Virus record (IMG/VR): IMGVR_UViG_3300036835_000208
Strand: one strand, 5' to 3'
From: an uncultured virus (IMG/VR IMGVR_UViG_3300036835_000208)
Lineage: Duplodnaviria > Heunggongvirae > Uroviricota > Caudoviricetes
DNA length: 64,000 nt
A model generated the notes under the pieces. The model was given only the letters and a program-made list of their open reading frames with translations. It made no database searches and was not told the origin of the DNA. Every line of letters begins with the position of its first letter. Position 1 is the first letter of the stretch. Positions 37,938 to 47,273 of the stretch are shown piece by piece. The translations under genes and the position numbers were made by a program.

Positions 37938-39065
37938 TTACCTCCTCGCCCCTACTTTGCGAACCCGGATACGATCATCTTCATATCCAGCTTCGATCTT
38001 GCGCGGATCGCGCCGGGAAGAACCGTTGGCCATGCTCCGGCCACTGCCCTCCATCTCATCGACCATGCGCTTGAGATCGTCGTCGGCGTTGATCTGCTCG
38101 TTGACAAATTCCTCTACCTTGTCCTCCGCAACTGATGTGGAAACCATCTCCGCGACCAGTACGCGGCGCACGAGCTTACGAGTGCCCTCGTCCTTGAATT
38201 TCTTACCGAGAACGTCATCGAGGATCTTCTCGCGGGTTTCCTTAGCCGTACCGTGAACCTTGGTCATCAGACTGCCCAGAACGTCGAGCACGTCGGCCTT
38301 CTCGTCTAGGCCGAGCTTTTCCCTGATTCCTTCGAGGAGGCTGGCGTTCCCTTCGGCTTCCACAGCCCCTTCAGCCATTTCCTGAACCTTTTTATCAAGG
38401 GGATCCCTCACCTTCGTCTCGATCTCCTTGACGAGTAGAGGCGCGTGCTGCCTCAGCTCATCTTCAGTGAGCGCAGCAATGTCTTTCGGCTCCACCGTCC
38501 CTCCTTCGTCCATTTCACTTGTCAGCCCTCCTACCAGCCGTGCAGACATCCCTGCCTTGCGTGGCCGTGATAGGTCGATTGACTCCAGTTGAAAATCTGT
38601 TACCTGACTTCCTCCCCTCACCGGCTTCATTGCCGCCTTCCCCGACCAGGAGACGGTACGAACGAGCTTGCGAGACAAATACTCACGGCCCTTGGTGTCG
38701 GGGAGGACGTATGCCTTGGCGTACATCTGACACTTGTCCGACATCACGTTGAGACGAGCCTTGAGCCACTGGAGCTGAATCTCCGGGAAGCTGTAGCCGT
38801 CGTCCTCAGGCTTGATGTGGCCGAGGTAGCCGACGACAGGCTCGCTGGAATTGTTGATTTGCTCACAGACCTTGTTGAAGATTTCAGGAGACCAAATGCG
38901 CCCGTTCTTGGACGTACCGGATTCGATGACGAAAGTGGCGAATTTAGGATCTGGGTCTCCCTCGGCCACTGCACTGACCGTATCCTGATCAAGCACGACA
39001 AGCGTCCCCGTCGAGCCCATCTCAGCCACGATGCAGTCAAATTGATCTGTAATTTCTTCGTACAT
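37938..39065 (-). CDS. capsid maturation protease/scaffold
   Basis: GTSKNGRIW, GYLGH, VSWSG, LESID followed by a coiled-coil C-terminus. Confidence 0.75.
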   Translation of the reverse strand: MYEEITDQFDCIVAEMGSTGTLVVLDQDTVSAVAEGDPDPKFATFVIESGTSKNGRIWSPEIFNKVCEQINNSSEPVVGYLGHIKPEDDGYSFPEIQLQWLKARLNVMSDKCQMYAKAYVLPDTKGREYLSRKLVRTVSWSGKAAMKPVRGGSQVTDFQLESIDLSRPRKAGMSARLVGGLTSEMDEGGTVEPKDIAALTEDELRQHAPLLVKEIETKVRDPLDKKVQEMAEGAVEAEGNASLLEGIREKLGLDEKADVLDVLGSLMTKVHGTAKETREKILDDVLGKKFKDEGTRKLVRRVLVAEMVSTSVAEDKVEEFVNEQINADDDLKRMVDEMEGSGRSMANGSSRRDPRKIEAGYEDDRIRVRKVGARR

Positions 39066-39067
39066 CG

Positions 39068-39460
39068 CTAGCGCTTCTTGATTCCGCCCGAACCTGTTGG
39101 CCGTGGAGGGCGAATGACCTTCTTGGCCGAACCCACAGAGCGCGTCGGATCCGGAGCACGAACGATCCGGGGATTTACCGGCCCATAGAGATCGACGTGA
39201 ATGTTGGGATCCGCGATCATCTTGTCAGCAACCGGGAGCGATGTTCCCCGGGCCGGATCCCTCTGCATGACTCGACGCACCGAGGTTTTCCCATCCTGGG
39301 GGCCAGCGATGAGATGACCGAATCCAGGACGACCGACCTGATTAGCGTTCTCCGAGGACAGTCGGCGCACAGAGCCGGTGCTGTAGATCCCTGAGTTGTC
39401 GTTGCGGCGCGCAGAACCCTTCTTCGGGCCTGGCCGCTGCATTCCCTTCGCTCTCGCCAT
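39068..39460 (-). CDS. basic hypothetical protein
   Basis: 130 aa, Arg/Lys/Gly/Pro-rich. Confidence 0.6.
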   Translation of the reverse strand: MARAKGMQRPGPKKGSARRNDNSGIYSTGSVRRLSSENANQVGRPGFGHLIAGPQDGKTSVRRVMQRDPARGTSLPVADKMIADPNIHVDLYGPVNPRIVRAPDPTRSVGSAKKVIRPPRPTGSGGIKKR

Positions 39461-39461
39461 A

Positions 39462-39629
39462 TTACAATCCTCTCGTTGCGTTGATGGTGCCCTTCGGCCT
39501 CATACCTTTCCTGGGGCCTGACTTGGCCTGTTTTCCAATACGCACCACACCGACACTGGGGTTAGCCGACTTGAGAACCGCCCGAGGCGGCGGGGTGATC
39601 TTGTGAATCGTTCCTCTGGAAAGCGCCAT
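39462..39629 (-). CDS. small basic protein (55 aa)
   Basis: Manual translation MALSRGTIHKITPPPRAVLKSANPSVGVVRIGKQAKSGPRKGMRPKGTINATRGL, RBS GAGGGGGT. Confidence 0.6.
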   Translation of the reverse strand: MALSRGTIHKITPPPRAVLKSANPSVGVVRIGKQAKSGPRKGMRPKGTINATRGL

Positions 39630-39641
39630 TTACACCCCCTC

Positions 39642-41555
39642 TCAGTTGGCGTAGAGCAGTAGCATTCCCGACACCGGCGGCATCGTGATCGAGTCGAAGA
39701 TGATCGTCCCATCCGGCTGAGCATAGGCCCGTCCTGGCTCCAGGGTAACGACCTGCGAAGTGATCGAGGCCGGATTAACAATCGCGAGGCCAAGAGTGTA
39801 TTTACGAATCCAGGCCCAGCCTTCACTATATTTGGTACCAAGAGGAAGGCCAAGGTCGATCTGCCACTCTTTGTACTCGTAGGGATCAGCAGGGCCGTAG
39901 AAGGGCTCCCAGATGAAAGCAGAGCCATCCCTGCCATTCCACTCCAGGTAGAAGCTGCCCTTACCGTACAACTGCGCATTTTCCCAGCCGGGTGAGTCTG
40001 CCAGCCAGCCATCCCCGTAGAGAATCGGGTAGACGTTCTTGTTGAAGGGGATGATGGCAGCATCCATCAGTGAAAAGTCGTCTATGCGCCAGTCATCCTC
40101 TTCAAAAACAAGTGCAGGCCGAATTCCCTCAAAATCAGCAAATGTCCCATCCGTAGCTGCAGCAATCTGTTTCAAGTCCGTGCCGCGCTGTCTCCAGAGC
40201 TGAATCGAGGTATTGTCATAGTAGGCGATGGCTATATCCCCGACCTGGAACCAGAGGGTGTCGTCACTGATATTTTGCTCAGACAGCATTGTTGCCACAC
40301 CACTTTTCCAGACCCAGAGGCGATAGCGAAACGTATCACTTGCCCAGACCGGAGGATGCTGGGTGCGAATGTCAAGCTGATAGCCGTTGGCGTTTCCCGG
40401 CTGATCGGTCAGGTAGATTTGAAAATAGTTGTTGATCGGGCTAGCAGGAACGGCGGCGATCGTGACCCCGATGGCTAGAGGAAACTTGAACGTCTGAGCG
40501 TTCCAGTAGGAGCCCATGAAACCGCCGGGGTAATAGCCGCCAGCCTGATTGCCAAGAACAGACATTCCAGAGGTGCCACCCCATGTCCGCCAGTTACCCG
40601 CCAGGGCAAGACCAGGCGCACCCTCATTAGCCCGGTTGAAATTATCGAGAAGCGTATTGACGGTGAACGTGGCCTTATCAGTCTGACCAATGCGAATGTA
40701 AACCTGGCAGACATCCTCCCAGCCGTTCGGGCCAGCATTGTCCACTTCGTTCATCTGGTAATTACCACCAGCGATACTGGGATCGTTGTTTTGGTACTTG
40801 GCATAGTTCTCGATCAGGAAGGCATCCATGAATTGCAGCCAGTCAGCCAGTGAGTTGTTCTCGTAGGGCCATTGATGTTGAACGTTGCAGCACGTCTCAA
40901 ACCCGGCCGATCTCAACGCCGGGCCGATATAGGAAATTTGAGAACGCACCTTGGCCTCATAGGCCGCTCGATCAGCGCAAGTGTCATAGGGGTAGGAGGC
41001 AATCCCGGCTGTGTTGAAGTTCACGTCATCCAGCATCACCCCTGACCACATGCCACCACGCAGCTCATTGAGAAGGTACTGGGTAAATTCCTGCTGGTAG
41101 GAGGCCAGGCCAATGTCGATCAGAAAGACGCCGGGAAAGTACGGATTCTCGATCCTCGCCCCGCCCTTTTGCATGAACCACTCCGGGTGCGTCGAATCCA
41201 TGTAATTCCAGTCTATGTTCATCCCGTGCTCCATGCCAGCCTGGTAGGTCGGCACATAGGACGAGTTGAAATAGGCCAGAGTCTTGACACCGGCTTTCTT
41301 CAGACGAGCGGCAAGATCACGCTCGAAGGCATGGATGATGATGACCTTGGCACGAGTGAAGCCCTCGACGGCAGTGGTCGAATCCCCGGTCTGGATGCGC
41401 AGCAGACCCGTATTCACCCAGGGAGAGCCATTGAAGGGTACAGCGGGTGGAAATTCCGCATTCGGAGGCATGGTCAAATTTCCATACTCCTGCAGGGACG
41501 GATACCCGCTATAGGCGAGCGGGAACGGATCAGGGAGGGCAAAAGGCAGCGTCAT
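39642..41555 (-). CDS. putative glycoside hydrolase (TIM barrel) with an inserted lectin-like domain
   Basis: HPEWF, IDIG...YQ, WSGVMLDD, FLIENY, WIRKY..G.AIVNP. Confidence 0.65.
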   Translation of the reverse strand: MTLPFALPDPFPLAYSGYPSLQEYGNLTMPPNAEFPPAVPFNGSPWVNTGLLRIQTGDSTTAVEGFTRAKVIIIHAFERDLAARLKKAGVKTLAYFNSSYVPTYQAGMEHGMNIDWNYMDSTHPEWFMQKGGARIENPYFPGVFLIDIGLASYQQEFTQYLLNELRGGMWSGVMLDDVNFNTAGIASYPYDTCADRAAYEAKVRSQISYIGPALRSAGFETCCNVQHQWPYENNSLADWLQFMDAFLIENYAKYQNNDPSIAGGNYQMNEVDNAGPNGWEDVCQVYIRIGQTDKATFTVNTLLDNFNRANEGAPGLALAGNWRTWGGTSGMSVLGNQAGGYYPGGFMGSYWNAQTFKFPLAIGVTIAAVPASPINNYFQIYLTDQPGNANGYQLDIRTQHPPVWASDTFRYRLWVWKSGVATMLSEQNISDDTLWFQVGDIAIAYYDNTSIQLWRQRGTDLKQIAAATDGTFADFEGIRPALVFEEDDWRIDDFSLMDAAIIPFNKNVYPILYGDGWLADSPGWENAQLYGKGSFYLEWNGRDGSAFIWEPFYGPADPYEYKEWQIDLGLPLGTKYSEGWAWIRKYTLGLAIVNPASITSQVVTLEPGRAYAQPDGTIIFDSITMPPVSGMLLLYAN

Positions 41556-41562
41556 CGAGGGC

Positions 41563-42204
41563 CTAGATAGCTCCCATCCAAACTGCAAAGCCCTGGTAAT
41601 TCTGGGTGAGATCAAGTTGATCCGGCAGATCAGCGAGATGTACGGAGCCAAAGGGCGACGGATTGCCAGGCAAATTGTAGGCAGCAGGCTCTGGGCTCTT
41701 ACCGGCCAGAACCACTTGCCTGCTCGAATTACCACTGGCCAGGGCAAAAGCATAAGCGCCCTCGGCCGGGATCGTGTAGGGGGACTGAAGATTGGCCGTC
41801 TGCACAAGCCCGGACTGACTGGGATCAAAGGCCACACCTGCAGCCGTCGTAGCGGCTTTCGTCCCCAGAGAGCCTTCGACGCTGTAGATACCGGCCCGGT
41901 AGACCGTAGGGAGCGCCCCTGAGCCTGTCGGCGGCAGTACACTGCAAATGGCAATTCCAGTAACCACATCGCCTTCGTAAAACCCGATCAGGGTAAAATA
42001 AACGCTGGCTGGGCAGTAAACTGCAACACTATCCTCGATCGGCCAGGACTGACCCTCATAGCCCAGGGATTCGGTAACGATGTGATCCGGTGAATTACCG
42101 CTGCCAGTATCGGTACCGCCACTCCCGCTCACTTGCGTCCTCTTCATCGGAGGTACCGGCTTGATAATTTTTGTACCCGGGGCGAGAGAGCGTGTTCGAG
42201 GCAT
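41563..42204 (-). CDS. putative virion beta-sandwich protein
   Basis: VTGIAI..YRAGIYS..PYTIP..GAYAFAL. Confidence 0.5.
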   Translation of the reverse strand: MPRTRSLAPGTKIIKPVPPMKRTQVSGSGGTDTGSGNSPDHIVTESLGYEGQSWPIEDSVAVYCPASVYFTLIGFYEGDVVTGIAICSVLPPTGSGALPTVYRAGIYSVEGSLGTKAATTAAGVAFDPSQSGLVQTANLQSPYTIPAEGAYAFALASGNSSRQVVLAGKSPEPAAYNLPGNPSPFGSVHLADLPDQLDLTQNYQGFAVWMGAI

Positions 42205-42286
42205 TATCGCCTCACCGTACTGACCATACGAACATGCAATTCACGGACTCCGGGCCGATTACGCTTTTTTCTCTTGATCTTCGCCA

Positions 42287-42493
42287 TCAACGCCTCTTTC
42301 TCCTTCTTCCTGCTGCCGACATCTTGGCCATTTTACGTTTCCCGTACTTTTTTCTTCCTATGTACGCTGCCAGAGCCTTGGGATTGCGGACACCCTTTCG
42401 GCCCTTCAATTGCCTCGTCAATTTCCTGAACCTGGCCCCCGAACCCAATTTTGCTTTGCGTCCTGTACTCTTTTTCCTTCTGCGTGCCATCAC
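42287..42493 (-). CDS. very basic small protein
   Basis: MARRRKKSTGRKAKLGSGARF..NPKALAAYIGRKKYG..RRRKRR. Confidence 0.7.
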   Translation of the reverse strand: MMARRRKKSTGRKAKLGSGARFRKLTRQLKGRKGVRNPKALAAYIGRKKYGKRKMAKMSAAGRRRKRR

Positions 42494-42935
42494 GGCCCCT
42501 TCGATTCAAAGCTGCCATCTCTTGCACTAGATAGCGCCGATATTCAACTGTCTCAAGAGGATGTCCAGCACGTCCTACAAGTTTGTGGGTTTTTATCATC
42601 GCAAGCGCAACATCAGCCTGCTTTTGCTTTAGCTTCAAATACGGATAGACATTTCTAAGCAACCGTAACGCCTTTTTGCTAGAAACCTTCCACTGATAGT
42701 GCGTTCTGTTATTTCCAGTACCTTCAACAGTAAAAACATGCCCTTCAGGGAAATTTTTGACCAAATAATCAATTAGGCGCTTATCCGTATTGGAAATTGA
42801 GATAACAAGGTTCCAATTCTCCCACTTACGAACGCCAGGCTTCGGCTTGACGTGAATCAGCATGATGCTGCCCTCGCCGTCCACAATCCCCGCCAAATAG
42901 GCCCGATCTACTGGTTTGAGCATTTTCTTGACCAT
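42333..42935 (-). CDS. LAGLIDADG homing endonuclease (single motif)
   Basis: AYLAGIVDGEGSI, ISISNTD, YQWKV, PYLKLKQKQA; AT-richer than its flanks. Confidence 0.9.
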   Translation of the reverse strand: MVKKMLKPVDRAYLAGIVDGEGSIMLIHVKPKPGVRKWENWNLVISISNTDKRLIDYLVKNFPEGHVFTVEGTGNNRTHYQWKVSSKKALRLLRNVYPYLKLKQKQADVALAMIKTHKLVGRAGHPLETVEYRRYLVQEMAALNRRGRDGTQKEKEYRTQSKIGFGGQVQEIDEAIEGPKGCPQSQGSGSVHRKKKVRET

Positions 42936-43045
42936 AGAACCGATCCTACACCCCCCTAGATGGCGCTGTAAGCCCTTCTAAGGCCCTCCGGGGGTAAGGA
43001 TGGGACATCTCCACCCTCAGAGCCAGGAGGGCCTTACAGGGGCTC

Positions 43046-43189
43046 CTAGCGCCTTCTACGTCGTACTCGTCTCCTGCCCACCGTCGCTGCCACCTGCTTC
43101 GGGTTTCTCGCTCCACGTCCAATCGCCCCATAGCGGCGACGTTTGTACTGCTTCTTCACCCTCAGCTTGGCAGGACGGCCACTCTTCAT
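43046..43189 (-). CDS. very basic small protein (47 aa)
   Basis: Manual translation MKSGRPAKLRVKKQYKRRRYGAIGRGARNPKQVAATVGRRRVRRRRR, ATGA overlap with the portal stop. Confidence 0.65.
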   Translation of the reverse strand: MKSGRPAKLRVKKQYKRRRYGAIGRGARNPKQVAATVGRRRVRRRRR

Positions 43190-44724
43190 TCGTTCTTTCC
43201 TTGCTGCCCTTGCGTAACCGGGACGTTGCGCGGATTGCCGCTGCCGTTGGGCGTAGGCTCCGGAAGCGTGTTGAAATTATCCTTGGCGTCGGTAGCCTCC
43301 TGTCCGGGGTTCTTCATCGCTGGCAGGAAGGGCCTGACGATCTCCCGGTAGGTCTCGTCGGAGATGATCTGCCTCTGGGCCAGAACCTCCAGGGACATGA
43401 CCAGCATCTGCATGCCCTGAGCCATGTTGGTCAGCTCGTCGGCACGCTGCACGTCCCAGGAGATGGCCGGACAGACAACCGGGCGGTTGTTGGCCAGCAT
43501 GATGATCTTGAGCAGCTTCTGGATCGGCTCCACGTAATTTTTTCGCTTGCGGTCGATTTTTTTCATAAAGGGGACAGTTTGCGCGTTGTTGCTCTGATTG
43601 GCAGAGCCGGGCTCGATCAGCATGAAGGCCCAGCGGGGAGTCTCGGAGGCGACAACGATGCAGTCGATCAGGAAGGTGAGCAGCTCCTTGGAGTCGTTGA
43701 GCACCGAGCGAGCCTCCACGAAGGAAGCATCCTCGGTCGCCTGCAAGAAAAGAATCTCACGGCCTTGCCAGGAAATCTCGGCCCGGGCCTTGATCGTGCC
43801 CGTCTCGGCATCCCAGGCTTCGGGGAAGTTGTTGCGGATGAAGGTGGAGACTTCCTCCAGCTTGAACATGATCTTCGGCACTGAATGGTATTTGTGGGCC
43901 TGCAGGGACTGGCACATGACATCGTGGAAGGCACGGATGAAGGGCAGCAGAGGCTCCAGATCCGATTGCCCGCCGGACAGGGAGCTGTCGTATTCGTTCC
44001 AGACTTCGACCAGGGGGACGATGCCCCAGGTGTTGGGGCGGGCCATGTCCTCCAGCCAGCGGCGGTCGGTACGGTCGAAGTAGCGGTAACCCTCTTGTGA
44101 GATAATCTCCAGGATCTCATGCTCCGTCTCTTTGGGCAGAATCCCGTTGACCAGATCCTCTTCTTCCTCCACGAAGAGGACGTGGCGGGTGATGAAGGCT
44201 TTTTCAATTACATCCTTGTTACCCGGATCGTATTCCAGAACGACACGCTCGGGGTCTACGACCTCCAGCCTGCCGTACTGGCGCTCCTGAAGCGTCATCA
44301 GTGGATTGTCGAGATCGGGGAACTTGACGTAGACGATGGTCTTGCTATCACGCATTGCGTTCCGCAGCATCTCCTGGATTGGCTCCAGCCAATAGTCCTT
44401 GAGACAGGTGTTGAGGAAATCGTCCAGATCCGCGTCCTCGGTAGCAGCTTGGGGCTGTCCGGTGAAATTCACAGCAAGGTCGATGACCGGCTTGCAGAAC
44501 TGAGCACCCAGCGACCATTCCGTACCCTCGTTGCGATAGAGGGAGCGAGCTTCGTCGTAATGGATCAGTGTGCCGTCATAGCGTGGCCGGTCACCCCAGA
44601 ATTTCATCGTTAGCGAGCGCGTCAGCGAGCGCAGCCCTGACCAGGGCCAGCCCCAGGTAGGCATGATGCCGCTGGGGAACATCTCGGTAATTCTAGTTCT
44701 CAGACTCACCGGCGGATGCCTCAA
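43186..44724 (-). CDS. portal protein (SPP1 gp6-like)
   Basis: CKPVID, PNTWGIVPLVEV, GQSDLE, SETP; 512 aa after terminase. Confidence 0.85.
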   Translation of the reverse strand: MRHPPVSLRTRITEMFPSGIMPTWGWPWSGLRSLTRSLTMKFWGDRPRYDGTLIHYDEARSLYRNEGTEWSLGAQFCKPVIDLAVNFTGQPQAATEDADLDDFLNTCLKDYWLEPIQEMLRNAMRDSKTIVYVKFPDLDNPLMTLQERQYGRLEVVDPERVVLEYDPGNKDVIEKAFITRHVLFVEEEEDLVNGILPKETEHEILEIISQEGYRYFDRTDRRWLEDMARPNTWGIVPLVEVWNEYDSSLSGGQSDLEPLLPFIRAFHDVMCQSLQAHKYHSVPKIMFKLEEVSTFIRNNFPEAWDAETGTIKARAEISWQGREILFLQATEDASFVEARSVLNDSKELLTFLIDCIVVASETPRWAFMLIEPGSANQSNNAQTVPFMKKIDRKRKNYVEPIQKLLKIIMLANNRPVVCPAISWDVQRADELTNMAQGMQMLVMSLEVLAQRQIISDETYREIVRPFLPAMKNPGQEATDAKDNFNTLPEPTPNGSGNPRNVPVTQGQQGKNE

Positions 44725-45286
44725 GCAGCGACTCCATCTGCTCGATTAGCTGTGCAGCCTTCTCCTGCACCTCGGGGGAGGCATTGCGCAGGGAGTCGGT
44801 AATTCCGTCGTCGGAGAAGGTGGTCATCTGCTCCTCGGTCTTGTGCACGGTGGCCTCGGAGCGGGACATCTTCGGCAGCCCGCAGCGATCGAGGATGTCC
44901 GAGGCAGCCTGCAGGATCCACTTGTCGTCCGTGGAGGAGCGCATGACATCGACAATCGCCTGCACGGCCTCGATCGAGTAGGACTGCAGGAGGTTGTAGG
45001 CGGCGGCGGGGATTTTCTCCCTCAGCTCGACCAACAGCTCCTGCATGTCCGGCGTGCGCATGAACTCGTTGACCTGCGTGTGGGCGAGACCGACCACGGC
45101 ACCAATTTGCTGATTGCTGTAACCGGCGATTTTGAGAATGGCAGCCATCTCCTTGAGGTGCTGCTCCTCGCCGGTGACCAGCTTGCGACGGCGCTCGTGG
45201 GTGAGCTTGTACTGACGGCGGATGCGGTTGCTGCCCTCCTCCAGGATCAACTGCCTGGACTCGGGATCGCGTGGAGTTCTAGGCAA
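44693..45286 (-). CDS. putative terminase small subunit (HTH + oligomerisation helices)
   Basis: GYSNQQIGAVVGL HTH, LQAASDILDRCG motif. Confidence 0.6.
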   Translation of the reverse strand: MPRTPRDPESRQLILEEGSNRIRRQYKLTHERRRKLVTGEEQHLKEMAAILKIAGYSNQQIGAVVGLAHTQVNEFMRTPDMQELLVELREKIPAAAYNLLQSYSIEAVQAIVDVMRSSTDDKWILQAASDILDRCGLPKMSRSEATVHKTEEQMTTFSDDGITDSLRNASPEVQEKAAQLIEQMESLLEASAGESEN

Positions 45287-46955
45287 CGAAATTACCTCCT
45301 CGTTGAAATGCCTCACCCAGGGCAGCAGGGACGGCCAGGCCGGGATTCCTGAGCGTGGCCACTGTGCAGAACATATCGGCGTGGTGCCAGTGGTCGAGAT
45401 TGCGGTTCTTTTTCCACCTGGCCACCATCCGGCCCTGGACATCCTCCTCCTCGACCCTGACCTGCTGGATCATTTGGTAATAGAAACCGTTGTATTCACG
45501 GTTCTCGATGTTCTCCCCGATCTCGCGAGCGTAGTGGGGGAGGATGACCTGCCCGTGGATGTACTGGTAGATGACGGTGTCGAAGGCCAGGGTGCGGTCG
45601 ATCACGCAGCGAGCCGCCTCCCGGTGCTTGATCGTGTGCCAGTGAGCGATCTCCTCCGTCTGCGGACGATCCTGCTCGAAACCGAGCCAGACCCGGCCAG
45701 GGTATTTCAAAGAGAGATCCCGAGCCGCTCTTTTTTCCGGATGAGCGTCGATCACGCACATGAAGCCGATCAGGCCGCTGAGGAAATTATCGAGTTCGCT
45801 CCATTCGCGGAAGATCCGAAAGGCCCACGCTTTGCGGTGCCCGTGGCGGGTGAGGGTGTCTGCACGGACGTGCAGATGGGTGCCCACATCCACCCCAACG
45901 AAAACGGGGCCTTCCGGGATCCCGCCCTCTCGATGTCCTGAAACCCGACACTTGTCCAGGATCTCGGGCGTCAGTTGGTCTCCCTCGGCGACATAGGGGA
46001 GACCAAGGTTGTTGTTGAAAAAAGACTTGAGCCGCTTGGAATCCCGCTGCCCGGCGAAGTAGCCCTTGAGGATGTCGGTCAGCGGCTGCGTGGGCGAGTT
46101 GAATTGATTGATGTGGTAGCCACGCAGATGACCGTTGAGATTCTGGGGAGTCCAGCGACCGAACTCGTTGAGGGCAAAGCGGTGCCTGTCCTGGATCTGC
46201 TGGCGGCAGTGCTGGCAGACGAGCACAGACTCATCGGGGGTATCCCCCAGTTTTACATTTTCATCGAAATTGAAAGCCTGGAAGCGACCGCAGTGCGGGC
46301 AGGGGACTTCCCAGTGGTGCTGATCGGAGGCCCACCAGGCATCCTCGGCATCGACCCCATGACCGGGGGCGGTGGGAGTAGAGAGTTGGACGAGCTTCTT
46401 GATCCTGGAGCCGTCCATGCGGTGGCGGGCGTCATCGAGGTTTTCCTCGATCATGCGATCGCGCTCGTCCCAGACTTCGACATCGACAGGAATTTCCTGC
46501 AGCTCGCGATTGATATTGGTACCCCGGATGTAAACGGAGATGCCGTCCCGGGTCTGCTTGTGCAGGCGGTTATCGACGGTGGAGAAAATCTCCCTGATCT
46601 CCGGATTGCTCTCGATGATGGGGTCGATACGGGCCTGCACGAAGGGGACTGCTCCCGTCTTTAGCGGCAGGAGGTAGAGGTGGTGCCAGCGGCGCTGTGT
46701 CGTCCAGTGCAGCGTGCGGGTGAGGAAGGTGACGGTGAAGGCCATCTGCGCCGCCTTGGGGATGATGATTTCATCGGACATATCCCTGATCACGGCCGTG
46801 ACGTACTCCCGACCCGCAAGGCTGAAAGGTTTGCCGTCCACTCTCAGTCCCATACTGAGTGCCCACTCATCGGGGCGTGCTAGTTGCCTGACCTGAGAGA
46901 ATTGCTTCCGTTTCCTGAGCGATTGCCTGCTCGGAGCTGAAGAAGCCGACGACAT
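45279..46955 (-). CDS. terL: terminase large subunit, lambda GpA-like
   Basis: KAAQMAFT, DERDRM, LSTPT, SDQ..W.VPCPHCG, CQHC, GYHINQ, FFNNNLG, GVDVG, DHWHHA. Confidence 0.92.
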   Translation of the reverse strand: MSSASSAPSRQSLRKRKQFSQVRQLARPDEWALSMGLRVDGKPFSLAGREYVTAVIRDMSDEIIIPKAAQMAFTVTFLTRTLHWTTQRRWHHLYLLPLKTGAVPFVQARIDPIIESNPEIREIFSTVDNRLHKQTRDGISVYIRGTNINRELQEIPVDVEVWDERDRMIEENLDDARHRMDGSRIKKLVQLSTPTAPGHGVDAEDAWWASDQHHWEVPCPHCGRFQAFNFDENVKLGDTPDESVLVCQHCRQQIQDRHRFALNEFGRWTPQNLNGHLRGYHINQFNSPTQPLTDILKGYFAGQRDSKRLKSFFNNNLGLPYVAEGDQLTPEILDKCRVSGHREGGIPEGPVFVGVDVGTHLHVRADTLTRHGHRKAWAFRIFREWSELDNFLSGLIGFMCVIDAHPEKRAARDLSLKYPGRVWLGFEQDRPQTEEIAHWHTIKHREAARCVIDRTLAFDTVIYQYIHGQVILPHYAREIGENIENREYNGFYYQMIQQVRVEEEDVQGRMVARWKKNRNLDHWHHADMFCTVATLRNPGLAVPAALGEAFQRGGNFVA

Positions 46956-46970
46956 CGAATGCAGTCTAGT

Positions 46971-47031
46971 GGGAGAGGAAAAAAGAGAGGAGGGAGAAAG
47001 GAGGGGAGAGAGGGAAGGGAGGAGGAGGGAG
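46971..47031. repeat. 61-nt pure polypurine/polypyrimidine tract
   Basis: Only G and A on the plus strand from 46971 to 47031. Confidence 0.9.
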
Positions 47032-47084
47032 CGAGTTGCAGAAGCCTCCACTCCCTCCCCCGGGGGGAACAGCGAGGTTAGCTG

Positions 47085-47273
47085 TTAGCGTCTGCGCCTG
47101 CGGGTACGGGTTCGAGTTCGATAAGTGGAGTTTACCCGCTGTTTCCGTGATTTACCTTTTCCACGTTTATTTGCCAATGCAAAAAAGACCTGCCTGCCCT
47201 TCTTTGCGCCATACTGCTTCTGCATGGCTCGATAAGCCTTGCGGGCTCCCTTGTTATAGGACTTGATGGGCAT
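47085..47273 (-). CDS. very basic small protein
   Basis: ...MQKQYGAKKGRQVFFALANK...RTRTRTRRRRR, RBS AGGAGG. Confidence 0.7.
   Translation of the reverse strand: MPIKSYNKGARKAYRAMQKQYGAKKGRQVFFALANKRGKGKSRKQRVNSTYRTRTRTRRRRR

Noticed and set aside
42212..42287. 24-codon ORF MAKIKRKSVIGPESVNCMFVWSVR
   Set aside because: Too short to support despite the stop/start overlap.
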